The translations under genes were made by a program, and so were the position numbers. Below, in pieces: positions 58,899-64,000 of a DNA stretch of 64,000 bases. How positions within the stretch are numbered: position 1 is the first letter of the stretch; each line of letters begins with the position of its first letter. The stretch is taken from the NCBI GenBank assembly GCA_963794955.1, contig CAWCGF010000003.1:262350-326349 (forward strand), in the 5' to 3' direction. Source of the stretch: an uncultured Acidobacteriota bacterium (GTDB lineage: Bacteria; Acidobacteriota; Blastocatellia; RBC074). The notes below the pieces were generated by a model. The model was not told where the DNA came from. It saw only the letters and a list, made by a program, of their open reading frames with translations, and did not search any database.

Positions 58899-61800
58899 AT
58901 GAACCGAAAGAACTTGTGGGTATTGATAACCGTCGGAATAATTATTTTTGCCGGGCTTATGCAGATCCCTGTGAGTCAGGCGAAGAGATTTGATTTGGAG
59001 AAGAAAGGGGCCGCCTCAGCCCTCAGCGCCAGGAATTCCAGTAGCAAGATCACGGCCAATTCCACAATAGGAGCGGCATTTCAAGTCGTGGGACAGCCCG
59101 TCAGTTCATCGGCAGTCAGGTTTGCCGTTTCTCCTGCGCTTCGCGATCTGCCTCCGCCTGAACAGGCCAAGAAGGATAACGATGTCGTTGAAGTGAAGAC
59201 AGTTCCGATGAAGACATTCAGGACTGAGAGCAGTGTTTCCGCCGTGCCCGATCCGGTCTTGCAGAGTTTGCTGCCGATGCTCAACATTGCGGCTCCCGGC
59301 CTGAGTTTCGACGGGGTGAGCAACCAGGATAACTTCAATCTGTTTGGATTCAGGGTTGCGCCGCCCGATACGGACGGAGATGTCGGACCGAATCACTACG
59401 TGCAAATCGTCAATCTCGCCTATCGAGTCTATGACAAAGCGGGCAATCCGCTGACACCATCTAGCAAGGTCAGCGACATTTTTTCAGCGCTCGGGCCGCC
59501 GTGCGGGGATCAAGACCATGGGGATCCGATCGTGCTCTACGATGAGCTGGCCGACCGCTGGCTGATCAGCCAATTCTGCACCGTCGCCGACCCATTCAAT
59601 CATCAGGTGATCGCCATTTCGAAGACGGGTGATCCGACCGGGCAGTATTACCTCTACGATTTCATGATGCCGAACAACAAGTTCAACGACTATCCCAAGT
59701 TCGGCGTCTGGCCCGACGGATATTACATGACCGACAACCAGTTCAATCAGGCGGGAACGGCATTTCAGGGTGCCGGAGCCTTCGCGTTTGACCGGGCCAA
59801 AATGCTTGTGGGCGATCCCACCGCCAGCTTCATCTATTTCGATGTCGAGAACGGAAATCCCCAAATCGGCGGCATGCTGCCAGCGGATTTCGATGGGTTG
59901 AACCCGCCGCCAGCGGGGACGCCCAATTATTTCTCTTATTTCACGGCTGATGAGTTCGGCGATCCTGGGGATGCGTTGAGAATTTTTGAATTCCACGCCG
60001 ATTTTGCAATGCCGGCCAATTCGACCTTTACTGAGCGGGCAGACAGTCCGCTTGCGGTCGCAGCATTCGATCCGCGCTCGCCGGGCGGGCGGGATGATAT
60101 CGAGCAGCCGGCTCCGGCCACCAGCGATACTTATCTCGACTCCATCTCGGACCGGCTGATGTTCCGATTGCAGTATCGGAATTTCGGGACGCATGAATCA
60201 CTGGTGGTCAATCACACGGTGAACGTCAGCGGAGTGGATCCGACGACTCCCGCAAATCATCAGGCCGGAGTCCGGTATTACGAGATCCGTCGCGCGCTGC
60301 CGGGCGGTAATTTTGCAGTACAGGAGCAGGCGACCTTTGCGCCGGATGCTGACAACCGCTGGATGGGCAGCGCGGCTATGGACCATCAGGGGAATCTGGC
60401 CATCGGTTACAGCGTCTCGAGCTTGACGACATTCCCCTCGATTCGATACGCGGGCAGGCTGGCGACCGATCCTCCGGGTGGATTGTTCCAAGGCGAAAAC
60501 ACGATGATCGCCGGGACTGGCGTTCAGACGAACACGGGATCGCGCTGGGGCGATTACAGCGCGCTCAGCGTCGACCCGAGCGATTCGTGCACATTCTGGT
60601 ACACCACCGAGTACTACACCGCCGCCAGCCAGGCGTCCAGCTCAGTCGGCTGGCTAACGAAAATCGGAAAATTCCAGTTCAGCGGATGTACGCCGGTGGC
60701 ACAGGGCACGCTCCAGGGCGTGGTCACGGACTGCATGACGGGATTGCCGGTGCAGAGTGCGATCGTCCAAGTGTCGAACGGCTTTTCCCAGGTCAGCGAT
60801 GCCGCAGGAAACTATTCGAGAAAACTGGCACCAGGCAATTACACCGTGAGTGCCTCGATTCCCGGATACCTGCCGAGCGCCTCTACCCCCGCAGTCATCA
60901 CCAATGGAGGTACGAGAACAGTCAATTTATGTGTGACCCCGATGCCAGTCGCAATGGCTGCTGGTTTCGGCAATCACAGCCGAGAGCTGCTCGCCAGCTT
61001 CGGGAGCGATTGATCCGGGTGAGACCGTAACGGTCGACCTGGCCCTGAAGAATATGGGGACTGCCAACAGCGCCAACCTGATTGCGACTCTGGTGCCGGG
61101 CGGCGGAGTGCTCGGCCCGGGAAGCATGCAATCATACGGCGTCCTGACAGCCGGCGGCCCGGCTGTCACCAGACCCTTCACCTTCACGGCCGATCCGTCG
61201 CTGCCCTGCGGCAGCACACTAACGGTGACGCTCAGTCTGCAGGACGGCTCATTCAATCTGGGAACGGTCATCTATACGTTCCTGGTCGGCATCGCTCAAT
61301 CCATTCAGCCAGACGACGAACTACACCAGCGGCAATCTGAACAGTCCGATTCCGGACCTGGGCGTTTTGGACTCGACGATCAATGTGCCTGACACGGCGG
61401 CCATCAGCGATGTCAATGTGCGAGTCCGTTTGAATCACACCTTTGACGGCGATCTGGTCATCAGCCTCGTCCATCCTGACGGAACGGTGATCAATCTCTC
61501 GAACCGGCGTGGCGGCAGCGGAGACGGTTTCGGCAGCGGCTCGAACGACTGTTCGGGCACGCATACCGTCTTCGATGATCAGGCATCCACTGCAATTTCA
61601 GCGGGGGCTGCTCCGTTCGCAGGTTCATTCACACCCGACCAGCCTCTTTCAGGACTCAATGGGAAGTTGTCGGCTGGAAACTGGAAGCTCAGGATCAGCG
61701 ACAACGCTGGTCTGGACATAGGAACCCTGTTTTGCTGGCAGCTTGAAATCTCGCGCCAGGTATTCGTCTGTTGTGGTGTGGCAGGGACACCGGCGGTCAT

Positions 61801-64000
61801 CTCGGCGGGCTCCGCAGTGAGCAATGAAAGCTGCAGCGTGCCCAACGGTGCGGTCGATCCAGACGAGACGGTGACCGTCGATTTCGCCCTGAACAATGCC
61901 GGAAGCGGCGGAACGACGAACCTGGTCGCCACGCTGCTGCCCGGTGGTGGGGTGCTTGCCCCGAGTGGACCGCAAAACTACGGAGTGGTGCCCGCCGGAG
62001 GTCCGGCAGTCTCAAGACCGTTCACCTTCGTGGCCACCGGCAATTGCGGCGACACGATCACCGCGACACTGCAGTTGCAGGATGGAGCGATCAACCTGGG
62101 AACGATGAGCTTCCCGCTCAGGCTGGGCACGACGGTGTCCACTACATACGGGCCGTTCCTCAATTCGGCTTCCATCTCCATACCGGCAGGCGCTCCTACG
62201 ACGACCTCAGGAGCAGCCTCTCCTTATCCATCGGATATAGCAGTGTCGGGCATTTTGGGTACGGTGAGCAAGGTGAAGGTGACGCTGAGCGGCATCAACC
62301 ACACCTTCCCAAGTGACATCGACATCCTACTGGTGGGGCCTGCAGGGCAGAGGATCATCCTTATGTCGGATGTGGGGTCTGGTACAGATTTGGTCAATGT
62401 GACTCTGACCTTTGATGATGCCGGGCCGGCACTACCGATTCCGATCATTTCGGGGACATATCGCCCGACCAACAGCGGGACGGGAGATATTTTCCCGGCT
62501 CCGGCTCCGGCGGCACCATACGGTTCCGCGCTTTCAGATTTTAACGGGACCAATCCCAACGGCACGTGGAGCCTGTATGTGAACGATGATGCCGGAGGAG
62601 ATAGCGGAAACATCGCCGGAGGCTGGAGCCTCAGTTTTGAGACCTCAGACCCGGTCTGCTGTCTCTCGGCCTGCCTGCTCACCTGCGCCCCCATCGTTCA
62701 GGCGAACGATCCGGGACAGTCTGGAGCGATCGTCAATTTCACCCTCCCGCCGGTCAGCGGTTCCTGCGGTGTGGTGACGAGCAGTATCCCTTCAGGGTCT
62801 TTCTTCCCCATTGGGACGACGCCCGTCACTGTCACGGCTACGCGACAGGACGGCAGCACGACCAGTTGTCAATTTCCAGTTACGGTGCTACCGGTTTCGG
62901 TGACCTTGCAGGATCCGGCGATCTGCCTCGGCGCGGGCGGTCTGGTCGGCGTCACCGCAACCATCACCAATAATAGCGCGGTTGCAGTCAACGCCAACTT
63001 CATGGCGACCCTGCCGACGACTTTGAACGGTTTGCCCGGCACCGGACTGGCTTCGCTGAATCAAGCCGGACTCAATGTCACGGCTTCGGCGGTCACCTGG
63101 ATGGGAATGATTCCTGCCAATACCACCGTCATCATTACCTACAAAACCCAGCTCGCGGCGGGCACGCCAGCCAATATGCCGATCTGTATTAACTCCGACG
63201 TCATCTTCAACAATGGCCCCAAAGCTACGGTGCAGGCCTGCGCGACGCTCAACTGCCCGGCCGGCCCGGTTAATGTGGCAGTGAGTGATCAGAAAGCGGG
63301 CGCGCTACTGGTGTTCCCCTATTACACCTCGCAGGCTGCTACACATTCGGACACACGGCTCACCTTTAGCAATGTGGGCGACAAAACGGCGACGCTTCAT
63401 GTCTTCTTCATTGATGGGACGACGTGCCAGCAATCTGATTCGTTCTTGTGCCTGACGCCTAATGCCAGTTTCTCCTTCAAAGCCTCGGAATACGATGCCG
63501 AGACGACAGGGTGGATACTGGCGGTCGCGGTAGATGCACAAGGCCGCCCCACCCAATACAATGGGCTGATCGGCAATGCGTTTGTGCGCGACGGGGAGTA
63601 CGTTGGCAACTATGGCGCAGAGAGTTTTCGGGCCAATTCGCCGCTGCTGGCGAGCATCAATAACGATACGGCGACGCTATTCTTTGATGGCGCAAGTTAT
63701 GACGCGATGCCGAATCAATTTGCAGTGGAGATTCAAAGCGCGGCGGATGCGGCAGGACAGCGCGTTGTAACGGTGGGCTTGCAGGGCGACCTCTCACAAA
63801 GCCAGGTAAGGGGCGCCGCACAAGTGGGCATAGGAAGAGTAATCAATGGGAATGAAAATCCCTCTGGCAGTTTCATCGGGTGGTTGCAGGGCGGCTGTCA
63901 GGCCCAAGCCTTAATTAGCCAGACAAGCCCGCGCGTGCCAAGTGGGATGAATAAGATGGTTCCGAGTGGGCAGTCAGGAACAATGCTGTTCAATATTGGC
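58899..64000 (+). CDS. Very large secreted multidomain protein (+1 frameshifts near 60966 and 61310; runs off the window)
   Basis: Signal peptide; ~550-aa domain with PPDTDGDVGPNHYVQ and RWGDYS; carboxypeptidase-regulatory-like Ig domain; two [Ig-like + proprotein-convertase P-like] units (LNHTFDGDL / INHTFPSDI, W.L...D); HYR-like domain (FPIGTTPVTVTA); C-terminal SDQKAG...CLTPN domain. The third frame is open from ~61310 to 64000. Confidence 0.85.

Overview
Bacterial chromosomal window with Acidobacteriota (Blastocatellia-like) hallmarks: acidobacterial-type TonB receptors, ASPIC/UnbV-like proteins, DUF1501 genes and heptameric intergenic repeats. Housekeeping genes (lysC, selD, aroA, aroK, hslVU, ftsY, ribD, rsmA, TrmJ-like) are interleaved with accessory genes. 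The accessory genes include PhoX-like and PhoD phosphatases, a ~20 kb co-directional minus-strand block (sugar-acid enolases, two TonB receptors, an ASPIC/UnbV-TPR-heptaheme cytochrome module), TA-like modules, an Rpn nuclease and a >1,600-aa secreted multidomain protein. Main observations missed by the ORF track: (1) SelD is probably a selenoprotein (in-frame UGA at 5153 plus a SECIS-like hairpin); (2) an internally deleted CarH/LitR-like MerR repressor with an intact CarH-type 11-bp-repeat operator and sigma70 promoter about 4 kb upstream; (3) several genes shortened by internal deletions with short-homology junctions; (4) an RBS+ATG for a nested Rpn C-terminal antitoxin; (5) an RHH + 2-TM operon with its own palindromic operator; (6) several families of inverted-repeat/REP/MITE-like elements. 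About eight single-base +1 frameshifts, including in lysC and hslU, look like sequencing/assembly errors. All family assignments come from motif recognition by eye; no database search was run.
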